DNA of 64,000 nt from Chiloscyllium plagiosum (lineage: Eukaryota), in assembly GCF_004010195.1 (NCBI RefSeq), contig NC_057752.1:665908-729907 (forward strand). The letters run 5' to 3'. Below the pieces are notes generated by a model that made no database searches, was not told the origin of the DNA, and saw only the letters and a program-made list of their open reading frames with translations. The stretch's first letter is position 1; every line of letters begins with the position of its first letter. Below are positions 12,654 to 25,202 of the stretch, piece by piece. The position numbers and the translations under genes were made by a program.

Positions 12654-14627
12654 GATGCATATTTAGCTCTCAACCAACATTACAAACACTGGTTTTCTAG
12701 TAATTATCTCATTGTTGTTTGTGGGAACTTGTTACAAGCAAATTCACTGCAACAAAACCCTTTCTTCACTCTTCCTTCACTGGCACTTTTAGAGCACCTC
12801 AGTTCTGTACAAAGGACATAGTTTGGGTTGTGGTCTGTGCTTGGACCTTGGGTCATTGTTTGGATATTTCTGTTGGGATCCTTGGATCACATCTCTCACA
12901 GGAAAATGTTGCATAATCCACTTAATACCACATTCAACAAATTGAGAGGTGCCTGGTCAGAGCGGGACATCTGTGTACTATCTGCATTAGAGCATTGGGG
13001 ACCAAAGAGGAGAGGACATGAGGAGAGCACAAAGTTTTCTGCCTTTTCTGAAAATAACAAAATCAAACTGTTCAAAACAATTGACCCTTGAACAAATAGG
13101 TGTTATTGTTCAGGGCTAATCTGCCCTTGAATGATTAGTCACATTTCACTCAATAAATATTAAATTCTAGAGGGAGCTGTTCTTCCAAATTAGTGCTAAA
13201 GTTAAATATCGTTGGGAAAGTTAATTAAAACCAAAATTGGACTTTTGTTTTTGACTTGTTTTTGCTGGTACAGTATGAGAGCCTGCCAATATTTGATTTG
13301 AGTTATTTATGCACTGTCATATATATCTAGAACGATACAGTGAAAAGTGTTTTGTCACCACAATCTGGCGCTATTTTAAGTTACAAAAGGAATATAAAGA
13401 AATTATATAAATAGAGTTCATCCTATGTACAATGGGTCTTCAAGCACGGTTCCAGGGCTTCTGCAAGGTCTCTGCAAGGTGTCCTGTGTCTCAAGGAGTC
13501 TCAACTCTGGGCATTGCTTCTGCTATAGTGACCCACCACTGCCAAGCATTCCCTGCTTTGGCCACTGCTGTAGACGATGACCTGCTGAGCCTAGTGTTTC
13601 CACCTCAGATGGGGATCTGAATCCTTTCTCACTGTCCCCACATATCTGGGTGCAGGTTGGGCTTTGTTCCTTCCTCCCTGACCCCATCTTCTGGGGTACA
13701 GGCTCCTTAGATGGTAGTCAACCTGTAGGATCATGTCCAGGTGGTTGTTATTTGTTTATGTGCTTAGCCATGAATGGACTGTCAAATATGGGGTGCTATG
13801 GTCTCCCAGTGCTGCTCTGGTTGAGATTAACTATAACTCCTAATAGACTAAGGGGACCAAATCTGGGATTTTGTTATGGTCTATGTGATTCTGAGACTGC
13901 TCCTGATTGTCATCCACGTTTGGAATGTGTGCATATACGCAAATTTGAATGAAGGTGAGTTGCATAGCCCTAACTCCTGAAGCAAACAGCCATTGAACTG
14001 TCACTGGAGTACATGTTTGAAGAATGGCTACTTGAATGAGGATTGAAGGTCTCTGTGAAGTTAAGAGTCAGCACCTTCAGGGTAAGAGGAAAGAGGCATG
14101 GCAGAGGGAGTGAGAAGACTCCATAAGCAGATTACATTCAATCACATTAATTAGACAGCAAGAAATAGAATCAGGATGAGGCCATCCAGCCCTTGAGTCT
14201 GCTCAACTATTCAATAGAGTCATGGCTGATCTTTTGTCTCCATTCCACTTTCCTACGCATTCCTCATATCCTTTCATTCCTTTAGTGCCCCAAGTGTCTG
14301 TCTCAAGTTTGATTCTACTCAGTAATTGAGTATCCATAGCTCTCTGGGGTAGACAATCTGAAAAATACACAACCTTGGAAAGAAGTGGTTTCTCTTTTCT
14401 CAAATGATACAGACTGTTTCTCCATATTCCAATTTTTTCCCAGCATGTTAATGGTACAAACTTCCCCAGTTTACATTTTTTCCCTACAGCTCTCACTCTC
14501 TTTGGAGAGAATGTACTGGTATTTTTGTTATTTGTCTATTAAATGGGTCCTTTTTTTGTTGTAAACACTTCAAAACATTCCAGATGAGATCCCTGTATTT
14601 ACATAAAGCTTATTTTTCTGATCCACC

Positions 14628-15427
14628 TGGAGTGCCACAAGGATTGGTGCTAGGTCCTCTACCTTTTGTCATTTACATAAATGATTTGGATTTGAGCATA
14701 AGAGGTACAGTTAGTATGTTTGCAGATGACACCAAAATTGGAGGTGTAGTGTACAGCGAAGAAGGTTACCTCAGATTACAACAGGATCTTGACCAGATGG
14801 GCCAATGGGCTGAGAAGTGGCAGATGGAGTTTAATTCAGATAAATGTGAGGTGCTGCATTTTGGAAAAGCAAATCTTAGCTAGACTTATACACTTAATGG
14901 TAAGGTCCGAGGGAGTGTTGCTGAACAAAGAGACCTTGGAGTGCAGGTTCATAGCTCCTTGAAAGTGGAGTCACAGGTAGATAGGATAGTGAAGAAGGNN
15001 NNNNNNNNNNNNNNNNNNNNNNNNNNNNNNNNNNNNNNNNNNNNNNNNNNNNNNNNNNNNNNNNNNNNNNNNNNNNNNNNNNNNNNNNNNNNNNNNNNNN
15101 NNGTCTTTTCCCTGGGGTGGGGGAGTCCAGAACTACAGGGCATAGGTTTAGGGTGAGAGGGGAAAGATATAAAAGAGACCTAAGGGGTAACGTTTTCACA
15201 CAGCGGGTGGTATGGGTATGGAATGAGCTGCCAGAGGATGTGGTGGAGGCTGGTACAATTGCAACATTTAAGAGGCATTTGGATGGGTATATGAATAGGA
15301 AGGGTTTGGAGGCAGATGGGCCGGGTGCTGGCAGGTGGGACTAGATTGGGTTGGGACATCTGGTCGGCGTGGACAGGTTGGACCGAAGGGTCTGTTTCCA
15401 TGCTGTACATCTTTATGACTCTATGAC
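14628..15427 (+). mobile_element. CR1/HER1-type LINE 3' portion spanning an assembly gap
   Basis: [38 protein letters not shown] tail. Confidence 0.92.
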
Positions 15428-15559
15428 CTGCCTCGTCCTTGCAGTGGTTTGTTCTGTTAATCTTATTATTACTTAGTCATAGAGCCATTACCATACAAAA
15501 TAGGCCATTCAGCCCATCAAATCCATGCCTGTAGGACTTCACATGTAGAACCTTCAATT

Positions 15560-15640
15560 AAGGGCTTATGCCCGAAACGTCGATTCTCCTGTTCCCTGGA
15601 TGCTGCCTGACCTACTGCGCTGTTCCAGCAACACATTTTC
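15560..15640 (+). mobile_element. PLE family B solo arm (hammerhead lacking its CUGANGA half)
   Basis: 13-bp TSD AGAACCTTCAATT (15547-15559 / 15641-15653). Confidence 0.82.
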
Positions 15641-16989
15641 AGAACCTTCAATTGTACATAGTGTACACATTGAACAGCCCCGTCATTTCTCTTTTCCCCC
15701 CTCCTTTTTCCCCTGCACACTGAACTGTCTAAAGTTCTGTATTCCTTATTTGATGTGCTTCGTATAATGGAGGTTTGATTAATTCACCCTGAATCTGACC
15801 ATAAAACAGACAACCTTGATGGTGCAAGGAATTCTAAAGCCTTCCCTGACTTTGATACTGGGAGGATAACAGCAGGTTTAGGTTATATGGCAGTTTAAAG
15901 GGAATAACCAATTTCCAGTCAAGCTGGGATGAAAGGAAATAATTAAGTCTGATTGAGAGCTGTTAGGTCTAGGTTGGGTGGAATAGTGCTGGCTGCTGGA
16001 CGTCAACTCACAAACTTGCAGAAAAATGGATGAAAATTTCTTTGAATTAACTGTGATCATGGATCTGACTGAATTTCACAAGACTGGATAAATTAAGGCT
16101 TTTAAATGTTTCTATGGGATTCTTATTGTTCAGGAAGCTTGGTTTCCATCTGATTGGAGCCAGGACAAGTGCAGCCACCAGGACTATCCAGCTGTTACCA
16201 CAATGGATAGCTGCTCTATTGACTTCTGGAATTAATTGTCAATTTTCTGTAATTTGAAAAGGCTGCCTCCTCAAGTGTTGAGAGAGAGCGAGTGTAGATT
16301 TGATGGGCTGAATTGCCTCCTTCTATACTGTAACAATTTAGTGATTCTGAAATGCCTTGCTTGATAAATCAAGCCAGTGCCAGCAAAGGCAATGGAACAG
16401 CAGTGAAATGGAGCTCAACTATTCCCAGATTACACTTTGTTTGGAACTCTTTTGTGCAAAAGACAATTGATGCTAGATTAATTATTAATATTATGTCTGA
16501 TATTGATAGATTGTTGCTGATCATTTTTGTCTCCTATTTGTGTTAAATGGTATGTGGCAAAGACAGTTTCAGAGTTAGGTTTCAGATCACTGAACAATGA
16601 AACAGGTTTGGCAAGTTGAATGGCCTCCTCCTGTTCCCATTTCCTTGAAACTGAAGGTTCTCTGGTTTATGGAAAGAATACAGCAATTTGCATCTAATTT
16701 AATGTAGAAAAATGTGACCAGTTGCTTCAGAGGATCAATATTAAGCACTAAATCAAAGGAGATATTTTGGTGGGGAGGGTGACCGAAAGCTAGGTCAGTG
16801 GTCTGGGTTTGAGAAAGTTCTTAGAGGGAGTGAGTGAGGCAAAGAGGCTTGGAATAGGTTCATGGCCAATGGTGGACTCAAGAGAGTGATAAGTTAAGAA
16901 TCATGAACGGTACTACAGTTATTGATCTTGACACCAAGGAAGACAGGAATAAGCGTTTTCATTATTCTACTCGCCAAACTCGCTCTGGG

Positions 16990-17282
16990 CAAATGCTTTG
17001 TCCCTTTACCACAACAATTACCATTTCTTTTGTCTTATGTTCCATGACATTTTTGTCATTTAAGCTCTCTGACCTTCCCTTTTGTTCTTCCTTCTCCCAA
17101 CCCCTGCTTAAGTTTTGACTGCACCTTCTTCATCCCATTTCTGGATTCCAGTTCTGAAGAGAAATCCTATTCAAATCAAACCTTAACTGTTTCTGTCTCC
17201 ACAGATGCTGCCAGACCGGCTGAATATTTCAGTACTTTCTGTTTTTCTGAACTCCAGCATCTGTACTGTTTTGCTTTTATTA
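16990..17282 (+). mobile_element. PLE family D 3' end, old
   Basis: Pyrimidine-rich 3'UTR, then TTCTGAAGAG..AAACCTTAACTG..CCACAGATGCTGCCAGACC..CTCCAGCATCTG shared with 34630 and 54563. Confidence 0.55.
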
Positions 17283-17394
17283 TATTCTGTATTGGGGAGG
17301 TTTAGAATGGCAATGACCAATGACCTTAGTCATTGCTATAAGCGATAAAATAGATAGAGTGTGCAGCTGAGGGATGGATCAGGTAACAGTATCT

Positions 17395-17491
17395 GATTCC
17401 TGATGAAGGGCTTTTGCCCGAAACATCGATTTTTTTTTAGCTCCTCGAATGCTGCCTGACCTGCTATACTTTTCCAGTGCCACTCTAATCT
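17395..17491 (+). mobile_element. PLE family B solo arm with hammerhead motif (stem III CpG-decayed)
   Basis: 11-bp TSD TAACAGTATCT (17384-17394 / 17492-17502); CTGATGAAGGGCTTTTGCCCGAAACATC. Confidence 0.8.
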
Positions 17492-17601
17492 TAACAGTAT
17501 CTTTGATAGGACTACGCAAGGATATTCTGTCATCCTGTCAAGCACTGGTGCTTCTTAATTAGACAGTTAAATCTCAACATTGACAGAAGTTTGGTAGAAG
17601 G

Positions 17602-18030
17602 GTCATAGACTCATAGCACAGAAACAGACCCTTCAGTCCAACTCGTTCATGCTGACCAAATATCCTAAATTAATTTAGTCCTATTTGCCAGCACTTGGCC
17701 CATATCCCTCTAAACCCTTCCTATTCATATACCAATCCAGATGCCTTTTAAATGCTGTAATTGTACGAGCCTCCACCACTTTCTCTGACAGCTCATTCCA
17801 TATACACACCACCCTCTGCATGTAAACATTGCTCCTTAGGTCTCTTTTAAATCTTTCCCCTTTCACCCTAAACCTATGTCCTCTAGTTCTGGATTCCCCC
17901 ATCCCAGGAAAAGACCTTGTCTATTTACCCTGTCCATGCCCCTTATGATTTCATAAACCTCTATAAAGTCACCCCTAAGCCTCCAACACTCCAGGGAAAA
18001 CAGCCCCATCTTATTCAGCCTCTACCTATA
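17602..18030 (-). mobile_element. CR1/HER1-type LINE 3' end
   Basis: GESRTRGHRFRV...QRVV.IWNEL; reverse complement of the tail seen at 1598 and 15427. Confidence 0.92.
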
Positions 18031-18249
18031 ACAGTTCTTCCATAGTTGCAAAATTTGCTGTAATGGTCTAACATTCTTTGGAAGCAATTCACAAAACAGC
18101 ACAACCTCAACATGTCGAATTAGAAAAGGGTGCAATGGTTACCATGGCAATGACCTGAAGCAATCTAATTTTTTTGAAGTAGCAGAAGTCTTTTGACTGG
18201 TGCCAAATCACTATTAAGAAATTGGGTGCTCTATGTTAAAGTTTAAAAA

Positions 18250-18630
18250 AAAGACTTGCATTTGAATAGCAACTTTAACACTCATCAGGCATCTCCAAAG
18301 CACTTTACAGCCAAAGAGGTTTCTTTTGAAGTAGTCACTGTTTTAACAGCGGAAACGCAACAGCCAATTTAAAAGCAACCTCCCACAAAACGAAACGTGA
18401 TCTGTTTTGGTGATGTTGATTGAGGAATAAGTATTGATCAGGGAAAACTCCTTTGTTCTTCCTTCATTGGTGGCCACAAAATTTTTTGTGCGTACCTGAG
18501 AAGGCAGACGGGCCTCTTCTTAACATCTCATCTAAAAGCCTGTCCCTCAGTACTGCAGTGAAACATCAGTCTTGAATTTTATGCTCAAAGCCAAAGTAGA
18601 ACTTGAACCTAACACGCTCTGACTTGGAAC
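18250..18630 (-). mobile_element. DeuSINE (SacSINE1-like)
   Basis: Minus-strand tail ...AAATGCAAGTCTTT and TTGGCTGTAAAGTGCTTTG; Deu-domain GATGAGATGTTAA; tRNA-like head. Confidence 0.7.
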
Positions 18631-18954
18631 ATTCTGACCTCATTCTCAAGGTGGTGACTCTGCTGGGGTACAGGTTCCGTAGGATCATATCCAGTTCTTT
18701 GTGTGCGAATCCATATCGATGACCTTTGGTGGACTATTCAGCCATGTCACCCATTATAGTTGTGACATACAGACAGCTTCAAGTCCTTCAAAACTATTCC
18801 ACCATCTGGTTAGATCATGGTTCATCTTTGCCTAAAATCCATTTATCTCCCTTATTTCCATATCTGTTGCTATCCATATTGATCAAATGTTATATTTTGA
18901 AGGAGAGTGTCACAAATCAGTGAGAAGAAGTGTAAGTGATTCCTTCCAAAGCAA

Positions 18955-19196
18955 GTAACTTGCATTTATATAACTCCTTGCATGCAGTAAAATATCCTAA
19001 TGTGTTTTATTGGGTTCTTATCAAGCAAAATTTGACACAGAGACACATAAGGGGACATTATGACAGGTAATTAAAAGCTTGGTTGAAGAGGCAAGTCTTG
19101 AGGAGCATCTTCAAGGAGGACAGCAAGGTGAAGAGGTTCAGAGCAGAAATTCCAGAGCTTAAGATTCACACAGCTGAAGGAATCACTGCTGATGGT
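18955..19196 (-). mobile_element. L2 LINE 3' fragment (resumes at about 21556 after a nested insertion)
   Basis: Minus-strand tail TATATAAATGCAAGTT shared with the DeuSINE; GATGGT duplicated at 19191-19196 and 21556-21561. Confidence 0.6.
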
Positions 19197-19199
19197 AGT

Positions 19200-20175
19200 C
19201 ATGATTTGGAGGTGTCGGTGTTGGACTGGGGTGTTAAAAATCACACAACATCAGGTTATAGTCCAACAGGTTTATTTCGAAGCACTAGCTTTCGGAGCGC
19301 TGCTCCTTCATCAGGCGTTTTTGGAGTATAAGATTGTAAGACACAGAATTTATAGCAAAAGTTTACAGTGTGATGCAACTGAAATTATATATTGAAAAAG
19401 ACCTGGAATGTTTGTTAAATCTCATGTTTTAGAATGACTGTGTTGGTTTCAGTTCTTTCATATGTAAATCCCAGAACTTTTTTAAAAGTTACGTTCTCAA
19501 GTGAACTTGAACAATATTGGTGGCACGGTGGTTCAATGGTTAGCACTGCGGTCTCACGGTTCCAGGTTCAATTCTAGCCTCGGGCAACTGTCTGTGTGGA
19601 GTTTGCACATTCTCCCCGTGTCTGCATGGGTTTCCTCCGGGTGCTCCAGTTTCCTCCCACAGTCCAAATATGTGCAAGCCAGGTGAATCGGCCATGCTAA
19701 ATTGCCTATAGTGTTAGGTGCATCAGTCAGAGGGAAATGGGTCTGGGTGGGTTACTCTTCGGAGGGTCGGTATGGACTTGTTGGGCCGAAGGGCGTGTTT
19801 TCACACTGTAAGGAATCTAATCTAATAGGTGCCATGTCAGCTTAGATAATGCATTGAAGGTGTGAAGTGCCCAATGTGAGGCTGTCTGTGCCCCAATGTT
19901 TAGACTGGTTCTATTTCTAAAATGGGGAGTTACAGGATCTTACATGAATTCATGCAGTTTTGAGCAAAATAAAATGTAATTCTGCAAGTACAAATTCACC
20001 TCACAAACCTATATGTGTGTGTGTGGTGGGGGTGCATATATGAGTGTCTGTGAGAGAGTACGTGTATGTGTGTGAGTGAGTGTAAAGGGATATAAGTCTG
20101 TGAGAGGGTGTGTGTGTATGTGTGAGCGTATCAGAGAGAGCTTGTGTATGAGAAAGTGTCTGCTTGAGTGTATGG

Positions 20176-20190
<15 letters not shown>
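19200..20190 (-). mobile_element. Penelope-like element family C 3' end (long 3'UTR with CA repeats; intact hammerhead on the minus strand at about 19283-19317)
   Basis: Minus strand CTGATGA-A-GGAGC-AGC-GCTCC-GAAA-GCTA-GTG; homologous to the GIY-YIG-bearing copy at 32208. Confidence 0.85.
19519..19825 (+). mobile_element. HE1-type SINE nested in PLE family C
   Basis: GGTGGCACGGTGGTTCAATGG A-box, GGTTCAATTC B-box, AATCTAATCT tail. Confidence 0.88.
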
Positions 20191-20206
<16 letters not shown>

Positions 20207-20209
<3 letters not shown>

Positions 20210-21556
20210 TTGGAAGGGCAAGGACTGATTAGGGATAGTCAACATGGCTTTGTGCGTGGGAAATCATGTCTCATGAACTTGATTGAGTTTTTTGCAGAAG
20301 GAACAAAGAGGATTGATGGGAACTTCACACCTTCAATGCATTATCTAAACTGACATGGCACCTATTAGATTAGATTCCTTACAGTGTGTAGACATGATCT
20401 ATATGGACCTCAGTAAGGTGTCGACAAGATTCCCCGTGTGAAACTAGTTAGCAAGATTAGATCTCATAGAATACAGGGAGAACTAGCCATTTGGTTACAG
20501 AAATGGCTCAAAGAAGACAGAGGGTGGTTGTGGAGGGTTGTTTTTCAGACTGGAGGCTTGTGACCAGTGGGGTGCCACAAGGATCGGTGCTGGGTCCGCT
20601 ACTTTTCGTCATTTATATAAATGCTTTGGATGTGACCATAAGAAGTATAGTTAGTAAGTTTACAGATGACACCAAAATTGGAGGTGTAGTGGACAGCGAA
20701 GAAGGTTACCTCAGAGTACAACAGGATCATGATCAGATTGGTCAGTGGGCTGAGAAGTGGCAGATGGGGTTTAATTTAGATAAATGCAAGGTGCTACATT
20801 TTGGAAAAGCAAATCTTAGCAGGACTCATACACTTAATGGTAAGGTCCAAGGGAGTGTTGCTGAACAAAGAGACCTTGAAGTGCAGGTTCATAGCTCCTT
20901 GAAAGTAGAGTCGCAGGTAGATGAGATACTGAAGAAGGCGTTTGGTATGCTTTCCTTTATTGATCAGCATATTGAGTTGGGAGGTCATGTTGCAGCTGTA
21001 CAGGACATTAGCTAGGAAACGTTTGGAATATTGCATGCAATTCTAGTCTCCTTCCTATCGGAAGAATGTTACGAAACTTCAAAGGGCTCAGAAAAGATTA
21101 GAAAGGATGTTGCCAGGGTTGGAGGATTTGAGCTATTGGGAGAGGTTGAATAGGCTGGGGCTGTTTTCCCTGGAGCATCGGAAGCTGAGGGGTGACCTTA
21201 TTGACGTTTATAAAATAATGAGGGCCATGGATAGGATAAATAGACAAAGTCTTTTCCCTGGGGTGAGAAGTCCAGAACTAGAGGGCATAGGTTTAGGGTG
21301 AGAGGGGAAAGATATAAAAGAGACCTCAGGGGCAACCTTTTCATGCAGAGCTGCCAGAGCAAGTGGTGGAGGCTGGTACAATTGCAACATTTAAAAGGCA
21401 TCTGGATGGGTATATGAATAGGAAGGGTTTGGAAGGATATGGGCCGGGTGCTGGCAGGTGGGACTAGATTGGGTTGGGATATCTGATCGGCATGGATGAG
21501 ATGGACCAAAGGGTCTGTTTCCATGCTGTACATCTCTGTGACACTCTGACTCTATG
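20207..21556 (+). mobile_element. CR1/HER1-type LINE, 5'-truncated
   Basis: [40 protein letters not shown] tail. Confidence 0.93.
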
Positions 21557-22264
21557 ATGGTGGAACAATGGAAATCAGGGATATGTGAGAGGCAGAATTG
21601 GAGTAACACTAAAATCTTCTGTTGTGAGGCTGGATGTGGGTGACTACAGGGATAGTTGTGCTGAAGGTAATTGTCACCCTAGTTGATGTGAGCTAACTCA
21701 ATACAGACCCAATATTGATTTTGGGGCTTCCTGCACTCTATGGCAGTGTCATGTTAGACATTGCATTTAACACTAAAATCCATCATAATATCCTTGTACT
21801 TGAGGGAATCTAAGATGGTGTAAACCTCTGAACTTTCAGTGATCTCCAACGAGAAGATTTATGGTTTGGATCCTGGGTATTGCCTGTTGTATCAATCTCC
21901 TTGTCTCAAGTGGGTGACTGTCCAGTGAAGCTGTTTGTTGGAGCTTGACACAGAAGCAAACTGATCTGTGGGGTGGTGCATCTTAGCAAATTCTTGAACA
22001 CAGTCTTAATGGTGGAAGAGAAGGAGAGACAAAATGATGACCAGGTGGTGAAGTGAGAAAAATAGGACAGATCTCATTGTTTTTAACTTTGGAGTTTGTT
22101 TTACAATTCACAAGATTTGGCTTACTTCTTCTTTAAGCCATAAAGCTTGTATTGCTTCATTTTAAAAAAAAACTTGACTGATTAATAATGTGTTCTTTGG
22201 AAATATCTTTAATAGTGGGCCTCAGGCTGATTCTCTCGAACTCTTCCAATACACAACAATATAC

Positions 22265-22358
22265 AAAATCAGGAATAGCTGGAGAAACTCTTCAGGTTGA
22301 CAGCATCTGTGGAGAGAAAGCAGAGTTAACATTTCAGATCCTGTAACCCTTCTTCAGG
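22265..22358 (-). mobile_element. PLE family D solo arm
   Basis: Minus strand CCTGAAGAAGGGTTACAGGATCTGAAATGTTAACTCTGCTTTCTCTCCACAGATGCTG. Confidence 0.65.
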
Positions 22359-23000
22359 ACATATATAGTTGGCCTAAGTGACTGCCAGACCCCTATCAAA
22401 ACCAAGTGATACACTCTGACCCTGCATTTGTCAAGCTCTGTTTTCAGACACTCATGCAGCGCCTCTCATCTGTGGTTTTAGTGAGGTTTAATGTGTTGCT
22501 TCTCTTCTTATTTTGCAGCTTCCTCTCAACTAAATAGACTAAACCTCTAAAGAATCCAGATTACCGTACTAGGAAAGTTTGGACCTTCAGAACCTGCTGC
22601 ACGTTTACAGTATTTTTGTTCTTCATACCAGAATAGCCACTTTCAAAATGTTTCTGCAAATATGTTGATGGCGAAAATTTACTTTGTGTCCTTTGTTGTA
22701 CAATTGCTATGATCAGGAATATATGAGCATTAAAAAAAAGGAGCAGGAAAAGGAATCTGTTCCATTCATTCACCAGGTAATTGGGTGTGGATTAGATATT
22801 TTACTTCCGAACTTTAGTTTCATTTAAGGATAGTCAATTTTATTTTTTAAATTGGGATCTTTTTAAATTCTGTGCTCACACTCCAAATTGCAGGAATGGT
22901 TATGCAGCATCTTTGCTTCTTAGTGTTTCAGAGAAAGTTGGACTATCGTCTGCACGATGGCTGATGCCATGCAATGCAATTCAACAAAGTATGTTGTGGT

Positions 23001-23055
23001 AAAAACAATGGACTGCAGATGCTGGAAACCAGATGCTCTTCCAGCACCACTAATC
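23001..23055. mobile_element. Collapsed PLE fold-back scar
   Basis: 16-bp direct repeat CAAAGTATGTTGTGGT (22985-23000 / 23056-23071) around the PLE tail GACTGCAGATGCTGGA fused to the opposite arm end TTCCAGCACCACTAATC. Confidence 0.7.
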
Positions 23056-24557
23056 CAAAGTATGTTGTGGTGTTTTGTTTGTCAAATATGTGGCTGTGAA
23101 CCAGAAAGTGGGCAATACTGGTGGTTGCTGGGAGGTATATCTGCAGATCAGTGTGAGTCCTCTGAATCTTCCTCTTGACAACTGTGCTTCAGAGTTGAGG
23201 TTTAACTGTGTAGGCTTTGTATGACTTGATGTACTGATAACGGAACCCACTGCCTTCTGGTTCTCTCCCCATATTGTCTATTGACTTCCTTTAGCAGTGG
23301 CAGATTGTCTGTTCATTGACGTATGAAGATCAGATGTAGCTGAAGCTAATAACAAATGGTTATATTTTCTTTTAAACTTTTCTTCCAAACTATCTGCTTC
23401 CTTCAATCCAATCAGGTGGTCAAAAAAGTGTCAGTTCACATTTGAATATTAGTATTGCATTTTTAAATTACATTTCTTGGTAACAGAATATTGAGCTGGC
23501 AAATTGAACCAAAAATCTTCATGTTTGTACGACAGCTGTTCTACAGGATGTTGACAGAATGTTGCTTATCTTGAACTGGAAGGATACTGGAACATGAAGC
23601 CACACATCAGCATGAACCGACACCTTCCAATGAGGAAGGGAAAATTGACATTGACAGGAGATATTTTAAAAAGTAGGTGCACAATCAAGGATATAACCCA
23701 GCCTTAGAATTCCTTTTTTATGAAAACACACACACACTGCCACTTAGATACACATGCACCCTCTGTTGTAGTTTGGATTATTGTTGCGCTCAGGGTGTTC
23801 TATGCTATCCTCAACTTTCAAATATAACGCTCAATGTAGTGATCATACTGAAAGGTATTTACTATGACAGATGGGAGTTGATCATTTATAGGTTTTGAAC
23901 TGTTCTTTTTAAAGACTGACTACTCAGGGAGGATGGAGGCATAGTGTCCCAGGGGATTGGCTATAACAATAAAAAATTCTATCTGTGCACTCACCACTTA
24001 ACAAGGGAAATGGGAACCTTGAGGACTATAACCATAAAAAACAAACAGGCTCTCATAAAACCACAGACATATTAAGAGGGCAAAGTATTCCTCATTGCTT
24101 AAGCACATGGACAATTTAATTGAAAATGTCTTTGTCTGGCTTCAATTAAATCAAAATATTTGATTTGAAAGATTCAATTATATTGTCATTGTAGGATTTA
24201 TTGTTAAGCAATTCTGCTAATATTATTCTGAGGATAACTGATGTACATTAACTGTGTTTTATATTTCTTGTTCCCCCTTAAATCTCTTTGTTTTGAAATC
24301 TCGGATTTCCTTTAGGATGCTGCTTAAAACCTGGCTTTGATCAGGCTTTAGATTAACATTTCCATTTGTGGCTTGGTATAATAACGTCTCTGAACAAGTT
24401 GATTAAAAAAATAGGTAAAAATTGTTTCCTCTGAATAGTATTCCATTTTGGGATCTATCAATACATTAAAGATGCTATATAAATGTAAATACATGTCTCT
24501 TCATGTACAATTTGGTTTTGCCTCCGATCTCATTCTCCCTTGCATTTCTCACTATTG

Positions 24558-24899
24558 GGGAGGCGATAGCCTCATGGTATTTTGACTAGACTGTTAATCC
24601 AGAGACCCAGGCTAATGTTCTGAGGGCCTGGGTTTGAATCATGGCAGAGAGTGGAATTTCAATTCAATAACAATCGGGAATTGAAGTCTAATGATGACCA
24701 TGAATCTGTTGTCAGTTTTTGGGGAAAGCCCATCTGGTTCACTAATGTCCTTTCGGGAAGGAAAGTGCCATCCTTACCTGGTCTGGCCTACATGTGACTC
24801 CAGACCCACAGCAACGTGGTTGACTTTCAAATACCCTCTTGGCAATGAATGCTAGCCTAAGCAGTGATGCCCGCATTGTCTGAATGAATTAAAATAAAA
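24558..24899 (+). mobile_element. tRNA-derived SINE (third type) sharing its 3' tail with the LINE at 35378-35880
   Basis: A/B-box-like TAGCCTCATGG and GGTTTGAATC; body CCATCTGGTTCACTAATGTCCTTT..CCTTACCTGGTCTGGCCTACATGTGACTCCAGACCCACAG; tail TGAATGAATTAAAATAAAA. Confidence 0.7.
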
Positions 24900-25202
24900 C
24901 TCCCTGTTAGTGGAGTACAATCCGAAAGGGTACCGGAACATCACTGATACTTCACCCAAATGGTCAGCTCACATTAACTAGTTATCGGCTAGCTATTGTC
25001 TCACACCTGAGTGTCCAGGATGCTGAAACCTGAATAGATCAACAAACTGCAAAAATTATGGAAACTTTCCTTCTTCAAAATAATGAACCACACAAGCTAA
25101 GAATTGTGCCATTGGGAAATTCCCCATTGCAGTTCGCTCTCTTGGGACAGTTTCGTATAAATCAGTGTGTATGTATTTTTAAAAAATTTCTGACATGTTA
25201 TT

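Larger units (their letters stand above)
10765..12815 (+). mobile_element. DeuSINE (SacSINE1/AmnSINE1-like) split by a PLE (10898-11112) and a CR1 (11205-12653)
   Basis: tRNA-like head at about 10765-10830; Deu-domain-like GACGTTAAACCGTGGCCCC at about 11140; resumes at about 12655 with TTGTTTGTGGGAACTTG. Confidence 0.6.
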
